From IMG/VR virus record IMGVR_UViG_3300008012_000002, positions 1 through 59,735 of that record: a stretch of 59,735 nucleotides of DNA, one strand, 5' to 3'. The translations under genes were made by a program, and so were the position numbers. Below are positions 40,846-50,230 of this stretch, piece after piece (the first letter of the stretch is position 1; each line of letters begins with the position of its first letter). The notes under the pieces are model-generated. The model was not told where the DNA came from. It saw only the letters and a list, made by a program, of their open reading frames with translations, and searched no databases. Source of the DNA: a virus (taxonomy: Duplodnaviria > Caudoviricetes).

Positions 40846-41054
40846 TAGAGAATTACTTATCGCATTTCGAATTTCTCGTGGTCGCAGGGTCACTTATCGG
40901 GGCGTGGATAAAGTTTCAGTCCGACTACAGCAGACTTTCATCTAGGGTTCGAACGCTAGAAACAGATAACAAGGAGTTTAAGGACGACGTTAAACAGCTT
41001 CTTAAAGATATTCAAGAGATCAAGATCCTGCTTGCTAAAAATAAAATGGAGTGA
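40842..41054 (+). CDS. Small membrane-anchored coiled-coil protein (possible lysis accessory)
   Basis: N-terminal TM helix followed by a coiled coil. Confidence 0.6.
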   Translation: MIENYLSHFEFLVVAGSLIGAWIKFQSDYSRLSSRVRTLETDNKEFKDDVKQLLKDIQEIKILLAKNKME

Positions 41055-41061
41055 GGGGTCG

Positions 41062-41970
41062 TTAACGAATGAGGGTAACGTGACCCTGCATCTCGTAAGC
41101 TTTTCCATATCTGTGTCTAGCTCTTAGCTTCCACACATAAACGCCATCAGGGGCGTAGTGTTTACCGCCGCGCACATCTCCCAGCCATTGCTGTCCAGGA
41201 TAGTCTGTCTCGAACATGAGACCTCCCCACCTATTGTAGACCTGAAACTCCCAGAAGTCCCAGCATTCAGCTGGTGATGCGATCACTGGGTAAAAAGCCT
41301 GGTTGTATCTGTCTCCGTTGGGGGTGAAGGCATTTGGTATAAACAGCGAGGGGTCCTCACACACATCAGGGTATCCGTCGTTGTCTGGACCTCCACCATC
41401 CGCGTCTCCACCTCCAGTATCTACCGTGTTGCAGCTGGGATCGAATGGAGAAAACTGAATGATGTTGTTGTACAGCAGTTCATCTGGGTATTCAAATCCA
41501 CCAATGCTTGAATCGTCTTCGTAAGGCCAAGCCTCACTGTCGTTGATCTGAGTGATAGCCAGAACCCAGCACTGATCCTCAAAGAAGCCGTCGCTGATAG
41601 CCTCCTGCCAGCAGTAACTAGCATCTGATCCAGCAACGAAGGCATCCACTACGTTAAATGAGATGGTATCTCCTGACTGCAGCCACGATCCAGGAGCGTT
41701 GACGTCAACAAGCGGGAAGCTTACTGGGTAGATGAGAAGCGCCCAGCCGTTGTCATAGAAGCAGCTGTATGGGTAGTCGCTGAGCTGTGGGTCTGTTGTA
41801 ATCCCCAAGAGAAATTCTCCGATGCTATCCGTGGACGAACCGCAGTTTACCCCTGAGTTCACAGCTATAGAAATGTCCAGCGTGTAGGGGTTGAAGGATA
41901 GGATTTCCATGTCGCACTGACCCAGCATTGTGAGTGGGAACAGCATGAATGGAAGCATCAGTTTTCTCAT
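41062..41970 (-). CDS. Secreted protein with a T9SS type-B (gliding motility-associated) C-terminal domain
   Basis: Signal peptide MRKLMLPFMLFPLTMLG-Q; C-terminal FIPNAFTPNGD.YN...VYNRWG...W.G...PDGVY...GHVTLIR; true start 41970 follows TATCTTTG. Confidence 0.85.
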   Translation of the reverse strand: MRKLMLPFMLFPLTMLGQCDMEILSFNPYTLDISIAVNSGVNCGSSTDSIGEFLLGITTDPQLSDYPYSCFYDNGWALLIYPVSFPLVDVNAPGSWLQSGDTISFNVVDAFVAGSDASYCWQEAISDGFFEDQCWVLAITQINDSEAWPYEDDSSIGGFEYPDELLYNNIIQFSPFDPSCNTVDTGGGDADGGGPDNDGYPDVCEDPSLFIPNAFTPNGDRYNQAFYPVIASPAECWDFWEFQVYNRWGGLMFETDYPGQQWLGDVRGGKHYAPDGVYVWKLRARHRYGKAYEMQGHVTLIR

Positions 41971-41983
41971 GATGCAAAGATAC

Positions 41984-42016
41984 AAAAGGGCCGACTGCAC
42001 AGTTAGCAGCCGACCC
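41984..42016 (-). terminator. Rho-independent terminator downstream of nrdA
   Basis: GGGTCGGCTGC/GCAGTCGGCCC hairpin plus TTTT on the - strand. Confidence 0.8.
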
Positions 42017-42068
42017 CCGTAGCGAAGTTCCACGGACGAATTCCCGTGTAACGTTGCAAATATAAGCA

Positions 42069-43772
42069 CTACGCCTCACACACTGCGCAATTTAAGATAT
42101 CCCTACCAACAGCCTGTGCTTGGTTGACACCTCGTTGATAGTACAAAGTCTTGATACCAAGCTCCCATGCCTTGATGACGAGCTGATTCACATCCTTGAG
42201 TGGCACGTCGTCGCTGATCATCACGTTAAGTGACTGGCCTTGATCGATGAATACCTGCCTGTCTGCTGCTTGCTGGATAATTTCCATCTGAGAGATCTCA
42301 GCAAAGGTCTTGAACACATCCTTCTCCTCCTGAGTAAGGAAGTCCAGATGCTGTACTGATCCACCCTTCATCATGATATCCTTCCATGTAGCTGCATCAT
42401 CCTTACCCTTCTCAGCAAGTAGGTCTTTGAGGTATGGGTTCTTGTATGTGAACTTACCCTTAGCCAAATCCTTTGTGAAATAGTTAGACTGGAGCGGTTC
42501 GATAGATGGTGACACTTGGCCGAGGATGAACGACGAGGAGGTCGTAGGTGCCACGGCCATGCGCGTGCTGTGGCGCTGAGCATAACCCTTGAGTACCTCT
42601 GGCTCCCCGAAGAATGTGGAGAGGAACATGCTGTGGCTACGGCTCTGCGCATTGATAATTCTGAACATCTCCTTGTTGATCATTCTAGCTTGGATACTCT
42701 CAAAGGGAATACCCTTGCTCTGCAGATAGGAGTGATACCCTAGCACACCAATACCAATGGACCTATGCTCACGGGCAAAACGAACAGCCTTCTCCATGAA
42801 CGGAATGTCCTTGGCTTTCTCGATGAACTCAGAATACACAGCATCAAGGAATGTTGTCATCACTCTCACAGCCATGTCGTGCTTCCACTCGTCGTAGTGC
42901 AGTGCATTCAAAGAGGACAAGCAGCACACAAAAGACTTTCTGTCGTCGGTGTACTCCATGATCTCAGCACACAGCTGCGAGTGCTTGATCTCCATGCCCT
43001 TCTCCTTGTACCAGTCTGGCGCCTGATCGTTTACGTTGTCACGGAAGAAGATGTATGGGTAGCCTGTCTCGCTACGCTTCTTGTGGATCTTCGCCATGAT
43101 GCGTCGCTTGTCTTGATCTCCGTCGATCATTGACTGCATCCATTCGTTGCCGATGCACACCGCAAACGAAACGTCCTGAATAGGATGTCCTTCGCTTCGG
43201 ATCTGCAAGAACTCTTCGATGTCTTCGTGCTCTACGTCAAGGTATGCAGCCCAGCTTCCTCGACGCACCTTGCCCTGCGAGATGATGTTTGTCGTTGTGT
43301 TAAACAACTCCATCATAGACACAGACCCGTTGGTCTCTCCGCCTGTGCTGATCTTGCTGCCACGTGGTCGCACCTCACCGAAGTATGTGGCAGTACCACC
43401 ACCGAGCTTACTCATGGCTCCAATCTCCGCAGCCCCACGCAAGATATCGAACGTGTCGTCCTGAACCTGAGTGCCAAAGCAAGAGATGGGGAGGCCCTTG
43501 TCCTTGCCAAAGTTCACCCATACTGGTGTGCTGAGACTGAACCACCCCTTTGCTAGGCAGCTATAGAAGTTCTCTGCAAAGTTTTCCGCTACGACCTTGG
43601 CTGTGTGGTGGTCGCCCACCTTCTCTGTGTTGATCGCCTGCCTCATGAGGATACCCTCTGCATGCTTGGCGATTTCCCACGCCCTCTCTTCGACTGTCTG
43701 TCCAGGGTCGAGGTAGCCCTTCTCCATAAACTGTCGGGTCTCGTCTGTGACCCAGTAGAAATCCTTGTACAT
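42069..43772 (-). CDS. nrdA: Ribonucleotide reductase class I alpha subunit (no ATP cone)
   Basis: PISCF, GGGT, RRG, SQLCAEI, APTTSSS, DQGQSLN, KTLYY, C-terminal CAVC. Confidence 0.95.
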   Translation of the reverse strand: MYKDFYWVTDETRQFMEKGYLDPGQTVEERAWEIAKHAEGILMRQAINTEKVGDHHTAKVVAENFAENFYSCLAKGWFSLSTPVWVNFGKDKGLPISCFGTQVQDDTFDILRGAAEIGAMSKLGGGTATYFGEVRPRGSKISTGGETNGSVSMMELFNTTTNIISQGKVRRGSWAAYLDVEHEDIEEFLQIRSEGHPIQDVSFAVCIGNEWMQSMIDGDQDKRRIMAKIHKKRSETGYPYIFFRDNVNDQAPDWYKEKGMEIKHSQLCAEIMEYTDDRKSFVCCLSSLNALHYDEWKHDMAVRVMTTFLDAVYSEFIEKAKDIPFMEKAVRFAREHRSIGIGVLGYHSYLQSKGIPFESIQARMINKEMFRIINAQSRSHSMFLSTFFGEPEVLKGYAQRHSTRMAVAPTTSSSFILGQVSPSIEPLQSNYFTKDLAKGKFTYKNPYLKDLLAEKGKDDAATWKDIMMKGGSVQHLDFLTQEEKDVFKTFAEISQMEIIQQAADRQVFIDQGQSLNVMISDDVPLKDVNQLVIKAWELGIKTLYYQRGVNQAQAVGRDILNCAVCEA

Positions 43773-44755
43773 TAAAATAATTCTTCTGCTGTGAAACTCT
43801 TAGTGCTCTTCGCGTAGTCGATAGGCTTCTTGTGGAAGAAGTCTGACAGCGCAGAAGCATACACCTCTTCGTCCATCCATGCTGTTACTTCTAGCTCCTC
43901 TTGGTTCACGGGAAACTCGAATGCGAATCCGATGCGACGCATGCTCTCGTTGACACGGTTCTTCAAGTAGTTGTTCAAGATAGACTCGCTAAGGAACTGA
44001 TTATCAAACCCTTGCAAGATCCACTTAATCAAGTTGCTTTCTGCATCGAGTGCCACCTGAGCCTCCTCCCAGATGCGTGACTCCAAGTCAGCATCAAACA
44101 ACTCGGGGTGCTCTGCTCGGATCTGATTGATCAAAGCCATGCCACCCTCAGCGTGGAGGTTCTCCTCCTTTGAGGTGTACTGCACCACGTTTGCCGTGTC
44201 CTTGAGGACAGCATTGAACCTATTGAATCCGAGGATGGTGTAGAACTGACTGAACAGTGACACGTTCTCCGTAAACAAGGTGAAGAGAATGAGGCTGTAG
44301 AGGAACTGCTTGCGATCGTCTTCGTATACGCGATCAACGTACTTGTTGAGATAGCTAACGCGGTTCAGTACAGGCTCATTCTCCAACAGAGTTTTGAACT
44401 CATCCTCCAGTCCCAGCTTCGTCAGGATCTCTGAGTAGGCACGGGAGTGGATCACCTCAACCCCACCAAATACAGCACCCATGTCTGCAATCTCTGGCTT
44501 GGGCAGATGCTTGCCGATGTTCGACCAGTAAGATTTCACTGCCACTTCGACCTGCGAGATGAGAAGGATGGCGCGTTTGATCACACCGCGCTCCTGTTCT
44601 GTCAGGGAAGTATGGTAGTCCTGAACGTCAGCCTTGAAGTTAAATTCATTGTGAGTCCAATGGCTTGCCCACATCGCATTGATGAGTGGGTCAGTGATTT
44701 CAGAATAGTCAAAGGGCTTGTAGCTCAGCCTCTTCTCAAAGATTGAGGTAGTCAT
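43772..44755 (-). CDS. nrdB: Ribonucleotide reductase class I beta subunit
   Basis: EVIHSRAY, ENVSLFSQF, EENLH, DFF.K...Y. Confidence 0.95.
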   Translation of the reverse strand: MTTSIFEKRLSYKPFDYSEITDPLINAMWASHWTHNEFNFKADVQDYHTSLTEQERGVIKRAILLISQVEVAVKSYWSNIGKHLPKPEIADMGAVFGGVEVIHSRAYSEILTKLGLEDEFKTLLENEPVLNRVSYLNKYVDRVYEDDRKQFLYSLILFTLFTENVSLFSQFYTILGFNRFNAVLKDTANVVQYTSKEENLHAEGGMALINQIRAEHPELFDADLESRIWEEAQVALDAESNLIKWILQGFDNQFLSESILNNYLKNRVNESMRRIGFAFEFPVNQEELEVTAWMDEEVYASALSDFFHKKPIDYAKSTKSFTAEELF

Positions 44756-44797
44756 GGGTTGGGTAAATAGTGTGGGTTAAAAGGACCTACAAGATAA

Positions 44798-45295
44798 TCA
44801 AAAAGTCTTGTCGTATTCCCAAACTCGGAACGACTTTAACTCCTTGATATCGTAGATGTTAAGCTTAGTGATGACGTCTTGCCTGTCTTTCCGCGTGTAC
44901 TTTCTGCGGTAAGCATCAGCTTTATTCGTCACCGACTCATCGAGTACATTCTTTTCGCACCAGAATGCAAGCTCATCTCGATTGACAATAGCAAACCCTC
45001 CGACTTCAGGCATATCAAAGGCGATGATTCTCGCCCCTCCATACATCCATCCTGGGTTTCCCCTAACATTCTTGAACTCACACCAGATCTCGTCTGGTAG
45101 ATTGTTCCCCTTCACATCGACGCCCCAATTCTTTCCGTCCTCTGAGACAGCAAGCCAGAAGTCTATGTGCTGGTGTATGTCCTCCGTGTGTGAGGACTTC
45201 TTGACAAGTAGCCCGAGGGATTCTGCGGCTCTGCGGAAGCGGATCTCCGCAACCTTACCAGTCCTTCCCGAATAAACCCTCCTGCTCTTGTTCAT
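44798..45295 (-). CDS. PD-(D/E)xK nuclease-like protein
   Basis: G..AE...D...HIDFW...VDVKG motif. Confidence 0.6.
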   Translation of the reverse strand: MNKSRRVYSGRTGKVAEIRFRRAAESLGLLVKKSSHTEDIHQHIDFWLAVSEDGKNWGVDVKGNNLPDEIWCEFKNVRGNPGWMYGGARIIAFDMPEVGGFAIVNRDELAFWCEKNVLDESVTNKADAYRRKYTRKDRQDVITKLNIYDIKELKSFRVWEYDKTF

Positions 45296-45521
45296 GTTTC
45301 GATTCAAAGTATTGGAACGCAGACTCCTTGATCAGGTCTAGCTCCAGATTTAATTGTTGCCTCAGTGATGCGACTATTCTGTGTACGTCACCTGAGTTCT
45401 CTCTTGGATTTCCATCCTTGTCAAAGAGGTTCTCGTAGAAGTCAGCGATAAGCCTGTGGGCTCTGTCGCAGGCGATAGCATAGCTACCGCCGAGTTCCTC
45501 TTTTGTTATCTCCTTTACCAT
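45255..45521 (-). CDS. Hypothetical protein
   Basis: 88-aa ORF in the operon. Confidence 0.65.
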   Translation of the reverse strand: MVKEITKEELGGSYAIACDRAHRLIADFYENLFDKDGNPRENSGDVHRIVASLRQQLNLELDLIKESAFQYFESKHEQEQEGLFGKDW

Positions 45522-45963
45522 CCTTCTTGATTATTTCGATTGCTTGTTGGATCTGTTGTCGATTCTTGCAAATAAACAACATGGGTAATGGTTCTCCAAG
45601 CTCAGCCACATGTTTAAGGAACAGCTTCCACCTCATAGGAAAGTCATGGTGCGAGGGTGTGTACCCCTTGGTCTCAATGATCCAGCTCCTGTCCTTCGCT
45701 ACAAAGTCTGGCGTGTATCGGATAGGTAAGACTACGCTGTTAGATCTGTCGGTCAGATCCTTCTTCTTCGCTGTCATCTTGTGGTATACCCCTTCGTATC
45801 TAAACTTATCTACAAGGGTGTACTCCACTTCCTCATAGTCAAAAGGTAGCCCCGATTCAGAAAGAAGATCAGCGCAAGTCTTTTCAAGATTACTCTTGTA
45901 CCTACCCAAATTCCTTTTCTTAGCGGACTTCCGCCTAGTAGTACCAGCTTTTCTTCGCTTCAC
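45484..45963 (-). CDS. Endonuclease I-like Holliday junction resolvase (T7 gp3 family)
   Basis: YKS.LE, YE, YTPDF and IIETKG motifs. Confidence 0.8.
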   Translation of the reverse strand: MKRRKAGTTRRKSAKKRNLGRYKSNLEKTCADLLSESGLPFDYEEVEYTLVDKFRYEGVYHKMTAKKKDLTDRSNSVVLPIRYTPDFVAKDRSWIIETKGYTPSHHDFPMRWKLFLKHVAELGEPLPMLFICKNRQQIQQAIEIIKKDGKGDNKRGTRR

Positions 45964-45980
45964 TTAAGCAAAGTTACAGC

Positions 45981-47786
45981 CTAATTTTCTAAAAACAAAT
46001 CATTTGAGGGCATGTTGAACTGTTTGTAGTTATCAAACTCCTTGTCAATGCTTTGGAATAGCTCACTGCCTGTCGTGTTGATACGGAAAGCTGTGTGAGA
46101 AGTGTTCATTGTGAAGGTGATTGGGTCGTCAATAGGTGTAGGCTGTCCCCCTGTCTCTGTCTCACGAACCTTACGCACGTGCAGCTCAGTAGTTTTCTTG
46201 ATGTTGTGATCAGGGGCTTGGACCTTACGGTGTATCGTGATGAAGCAGTCTGCTCTGTTCACGAACTTGCCGCCACCCTCGGTGTCCTCAGCATACGGAG
46301 CAACAGGCAAGCCGTCGTCACCCTTGCGTCGTTGCGCCTCAGTCACAGCGTGCATGTTCAACCACACCGCTACGTCGTTGGCATTCGAGAACGTAAGGAA
46401 CTCAGAAGCAGCTTGGTAGTGGTAGTCGTGTGAACTAGCGTTGCCACTCAGCTCGATCTTCAGGCTGTTGTATGGGTCCACGAATACCGCGTCGCACTCC
46501 TGCTGTCTGACGATCTTCTCAAGGAAGAGGAGGATGTCAGAGTAAGAGTACACTTGGTTGTTGCTGATGACGGTGAAGTGTTCGTTCACCCACTTGTACG
46601 CAGTCTTGCGTTGGTCGTAGGTCATGTCACCGATCTTCCTGTTGACGGCGAACTGCATGAGCGACATCTTCAGGGATGCGGTACGGTTCTCCGAGGAGTA
46701 CACCACCCACTTCCAGTCGTGCCTGACTGCAGAGTTGACCATCATGTACAGTGCGAACGTCGTCTTACCTACGTTGGAGTGACCATTCATGATGACGAAC
46801 TCCTTCTTGTATCTGAAGTAGTCATCGAGCTTGGTGTCCCCCGTGTCCAACCCTACAGGAATCTTGCCATTGGCGTAGTCATCGATCCATCGGAAGTCCT
46901 CGTCGTCAGAAGAGATGAATGACATGTCACCGTCGTTGATCAGCAGCTCACGCTGTGCATCCTGCTCACTGTCGATGACCTCACGGATTGGCATCTGCTT
47001 ACCCACCTCGACTGCTTGTCGGATGGTGGTCATGGCTGCCTGCTCACTGTCGATGTCACGCTTGCAGATCTCACGGAACAATACACGAACAGCCTCTTCC
47101 TCCTCAATGCGACCTGCTGAGATGTAACCACCCACAAGCTTGGCTGCCTTGAGTAGGGCTGCGTGTTTCTCTCCGTCATCTGCCTGCCGCACGATGCGAC
47201 ATGCGAGGTTCAGCTTCATGTAGTCTGTGAACTCACCGACCTTGGCCTCTTGTGGTTGCTCGCTCCGCTCTGTTGCGAACGCACCGAACTTCTTAGACTC
47301 AGGATTGATGATGATGTCAGGGTCGTAAGACTCGAAGCAAGCTCGTGACTCGTTGATACCCGACTCGTCTACCTCCAAGTCATACTGCTTGTGGAAGTAT
47401 GTACGTAGGGCACGGAAGTGATCCCGATGACGCTCGGGGTTGGTGACTCGTACTAGAGCTTTGAGCCCATCACCACTCGGTGAAACCCAGCAGCTAAAGA
47501 TGTGAGCATCCGTAGCCAGCGCGCCCTTGGCCTGAGCAACATCAATGTGATCGAAGTCCAGAACAACCAAGCCGCTGTGCTCGAATAGAGCATCGTCTGC
47601 ACGAGACGCAAACTCTCCGCTGAAGCACACGACAGGAAGTTTCTTCTTGGCTTCCTTGTCTCCAGACCGAACGTCATCAATCGTGGTTTTCGACTGGCCC
47701 GTCTTGATCCTGTCGAGGGCAGTCATGATGTTCACATGGTGCGGGGCGTTCTTGTCGAAGACGTCTTTGAAGAATGTCACTTTCAT
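45981..47786 (-). CDS. Primase-helicase (VirE-N/BT4734-like primase plus DnaB-like SF4 helicase)
   Basis: K..LP...FSG.F, SG...LDFD, SPSG.GLK; helicase GHSNVGKT, VDPYN, KVR. Confidence 0.85.
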   Translation of the reverse strand: MKVTFFKDVFDKNAPHHVNIMTALDRIKTGQSKTTIDDVRSGDKEAKKKLPVVCFSGEFASRADDALFEHSGLVVLDFDHIDVAQAKGALATDAHIFSCWVSPSGDGLKALVRVTNPERHRDHFRALRTYFHKQYDLEVDESGINESRACFESYDPDIIINPESKKFGAFATERSEQPQEAKVGEFTDYMKLNLACRIVRQADDGEKHAALLKAAKLVGGYISAGRIEEEEAVRVLFREICKRDIDSEQAAMTTIRQAVEVGKQMPIREVIDSEQDAQRELLINDGDMSFISSDDEDFRWIDDYANGKIPVGLDTGDTKLDDYFRYKKEFVIMNGHSNVGKTTFALYMMVNSAVRHDWKWVVYSSENRTASLKMSLMQFAVNRKIGDMTYDQRKTAYKWVNEHFTVISNNQVYSYSDILLFLEKIVRQQECDAVFVDPYNSLKIELSGNASSHDYHYQAASEFLTFSNANDVAVWLNMHAVTEAQRRKGDDGLPVAPYAEDTEGGGKFVNRADCFITIHRKVQAPDHNIKKTTELHVRKVRETETGGQPTPIDDPITFTMNTSHTAFRINTTGSELFQSIDKEFDNYKQFNMPSNDLFLEN

Positions 47787-47985
47787 TGTAATCGTATTCA
47801 AGTATCAGTTCGAGGTAGTGAATGGCTTTCAGGATATCCTCCGCCCCATTCTTTGAGCGGTGTCTGCAGAGATACTTAATCACGTTACCCTCGATGAAGG
47901 GGATATTGTTCTTGAAGATGAACTCTGTTGGTTGGATGGGCATGTCGTAGTGATCCCCACCCTCTTGCCATAGTGATGGTTTCAT
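47677..47985 (-). CDS. DUF3310 / T7 gp1.7-like nucleotide kinase
   Basis: Q.GG.HY, F.EGNVIKY..R...KNG.EDI.KA.HY. Confidence 0.85.
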   Translation of the reverse strand: MKPSLWQEGGDHYDMPIQPTEFIFKNNIPFIEGNVIKYLCRHRSKNGAEDILKAIHYLELILEYDYNESDILQRRLRQERPAPCEHHDCPRQDQDGPVENHD

Positions 47986-48269
47986 ATTGCGCTTCTGTTT
48001 ACTTTACCTACAGCCTTCTTACTGCGGATGTTTCTAATCATGATAGACCTGATGCCCTTGTATGATTTGCCATACAGCTCGCTGTCCAGTCTATCCATAG
48101 TCTTCTTGTCCTTGGACATGATGTCTGGTGGTGTCTCGTACCTGCTGACGATCCACACTACACGGTCATGAATCTTCTTGCCTTTCTTGTAGGAGATGTC
48201 GGCAGTCATTGAGTAGATGTTCGGGAGATCTTCGTTGCCCATTTCTTTTTGATTCTGTTTGCTATCCAC
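47982..48269 (-). CDS. Hypothetical protein
   Basis: ORF in the operon. Confidence 0.55.
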   Translation of the reverse strand: MDSKQNQKEMGNEDLPNIYSMTADISYKKGKKIHDRVVWIVSRYETPPDIMSKDKKTMDRLDSELYGKSYKGIRSIMIRNIRSKKAVGKVNRSAI

Positions 48270-48421
48270 TCCATGCTAACCTTTGTGCCCATGACCTCCT
48301 TGCAATCCTCGTTTGTCAGGAGCACATTGTTGTCCCCCTTCTTGTTCGGAAGGGCGATCATAATGAAATCCTCCGTGAACTTGGGGATGTAAACCTTGAA
48401 GTCATCGTCGTAGTCTTGCAT
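48206..48421 (-). CDS. Hypothetical protein (start uncertain)
   Basis: 3' portion of ORF 48206..48700, downstream of the terminator. Confidence 0.45.
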   Translation of the reverse strand: MQDYDDDFKVYIPKFTEDFIMIALPNKKGDNNVLLTNEDCKEVMGTKVSMEWIANRIKKKWATKISRTSTQ

Positions 48422-48464
48422 CGAGCAGTAGAATGTGTGTGTGATATCGTCTTTACTTCCGCAG

Positions 48465-48504
48465 AAAGAGAAGGGACTAAGAAACTTTACGTCTCTCAGC
48501 CCCC
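48465..48504 (-). terminator. Rho-independent terminator after the SSB-like gene
   Basis: 13-bp GGGGCTGAGAGAC/GTTTCTTAGTCCC hairpin plus TTCTCTTT. Confidence 0.65.
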
Positions 48505-48533
48505 ACTCAAGCGCGGCATACAGCCCTAATGGT

Positions 48534-48842
48534 TTAGAAGGGCAGGTCCGCAGACTCTTGCTCTGCATTGCTGTTTGCCTTGGCCGCACGCTTCTCCTTC
48601 GCAGCTTCGCTGTTCGGGTTGAAGACACGGGCACATGCCTTACCATTCTTGGACATGAACATGGTGACATAGACGTTGCCGCCACGACCTTCTTCGTCAC
48701 GGGTGGTGACGTACTGGTCGAGCATGTCTTTCAGCTCATGGTCTTTGAGTCGGAGGTTCCAAGATAGGAGCTCTCCTTGTTCGTTGAACTTGGGTTCGTC
48801 GGCCCAGCCAACGAGAACGGAATCATACTTCTGATCGCTCAT
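48534..48842 (-). CDS. Single-stranded DNA-binding protein (putative)
   Basis: Acidic C-terminal tail ending DLPF; adjacent to exonuclease and SSAP genes. Confidence 0.6.
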   Translation of the reverse strand: MSDQKYDSVLVGWADEPKFNEQGELLSWNLRLKDHELKDMLDQYVTTRDEEGRGGNVYVTMFMSKNGKACARVFNPNSEAAKEKRAAKANSNAEQESADLPF

Positions 48843-48926
48843 GATAAAATGAAATTTATTAGGTGAGAAAAAATTGTTATTGCACAAATGTAAGCTCCAG
48901 TAAGGAGCAGGCCAAGCATCGCTCGG

Positions 48927-49712
48927 TTAAACTTTGAACTCGACATAGTCTTGTGTAGGCTTTTTGCCTTCGTCGAGGAAGGTTGTGATACGCTCGACGG
49001 CATCGTTGAACTTCATCTCTCCAGTGAAGAGAGTCTCGTCCGTACACTCCACAACTCCAGGCAGGTATGGGTATGTCTTCTCCTGGACCAGCCAGTAGAA
49101 CTTCTTGATACCGAATACTTTACAGTAGATGTAGGCTTGGATGTCGTAGCAGAAGTCACGAACGCTGAAGCGGAACTTGTCCACGGACTTGGTAGACTTG
49201 GAGTCAACGATGAATCCGTTGCCGAGGCAGTCGAGGAATCCTTTGACACGCACAGGTCCGATCATCTCGTTGAACTCTACCTGATACTTGTTGGATGACA
49301 ACAGTCGCTCGACCAACCCACACTCGTGCAGTCGATCGATCATCTCGTTAGCCATCTTCCAGTCTGAAGGTGAGCATAACTCCTTACCCTGCTTGGCTGC
49401 CTCCTCGATGAGGATAGCCTCGCGCTCCTTGTACTCCTTGGTCAGGTTAGGCTTCTTCATGTCACGTGTCTTCTGTGAGCACGTGTCGAGGATCGCCTCA
49501 GGTGAGACCACTGCATACGTATCGAATGCTCGGTCGCGTTCGAACAACAGCATGTCGTACAGCGTGCCGAACGTCAGCGCAGGGGACTGAAACTTCAGCT
49601 CCCCGCGCATGTACTGATCGAACTTGGCCATGTCCGTGAGCGCCACCTTGAGTGACGAGTAGGACAGGTGCGGTTTGTTATACCGCTCTTGTAGCAGTTC
49701 TGGAATGTTCAT
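48927..49712 (-). CDS. RecE/DUF3799-like PD-(D/E)xK exonuclease
   Basis: LSYSSLK, FGT, KG.LD, DSKST, Y.IQA.IY. Confidence 0.85.
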   Translation of the reverse strand: MNIPELLQERYNKPHLSYSSLKVALTDMAKFDQYMRGELKFQSPALTFGTLYDMLLFERDRAFDTYAVVSPEAILDTCSQKTRDMKKPNLTKEYKEREAILIEEAAKQGKELCSPSDWKMANEMIDRLHECGLVERLLSSNKYQVEFNEMIGPVRVKGFLDCLGNGFIVDSKSTKSVDKFRFSVRDFCYDIQAYIYCKVFGIKKFYWLVQEKTYPYLPGVVECTDETLFTGEMKFNDAVERITTFLDEGKKPTQDYVEFKV

Positions 49713-50230
49713 CGCACGAACTTCTTGAGTCCAGCTTTCTGCTTGTCGGTGAGTTGCTCACCATACTTGCTGATGATGCTATCAAATGCCTTCTGCTTAT
49801 CGGTCGAAGACTTGACGTAGTTCACCGCCTTGTCCATGATGTTCTCAACAGGATCGGCCTCTTGTGTGGAGTCCTGCTTTGCGATTGCATCTTGGACTTC
49901 ATTAGCTGACGCAATAGACGTGTCGATTCCGATTCCGAGTAGCGCCAAGGCACGACCGACGGCTGAGGTCTCGCAGTTCTCGACGTAGCTTGTCTTGTTG
50001 ATGTTGCTAGATCCACGCTCTTCATGTGCGTGACCTGTTGCGATGACACGTCCGTTCTCGTCTGCGATAGTGGCCTTACATACAGCCTGCTCTGCATCGA
50101 GGGCAGTGAACTCGGACATGAGGGTCCAGTTCTTGTATTGCTCTTCTTGACGAAAAAACTTGATGCGTTCGTTGACTTCAACGTACTGCTTGCCACGGAT
50201 GTTAGTGGTCTTGAATTTGTAGTTGCTCAT
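49709..50230 (-). CDS. Single-strand annealing protein (Rad52/Sak-like)
   Basis: GK.YVEV.ER, ATG.A.E, ENCETSAVGRAL. Confidence 0.7.
   Translation of the reverse strand: MSNYKFKTTNIRGKQYVEVNERIKFFRQEEQYKNWTLMSEFTALDAEQAVCKATIADENGRVIATGHAHEERGSSNINKTSYVENCETSAVGRALALLGIGIDTSIASANEVQDAIAKQDSTQEADPVENIMDKAVNYVKSSTDKQKAFDSIISKYGEQLTDKQKAGLKKFVR

Noticed and set aside
41971-42069. N-terminal extension of the T9SS-CTD ORF given in the track
   Set aside because: It spans a terminator and a promoter; the signal peptide starts at 41970
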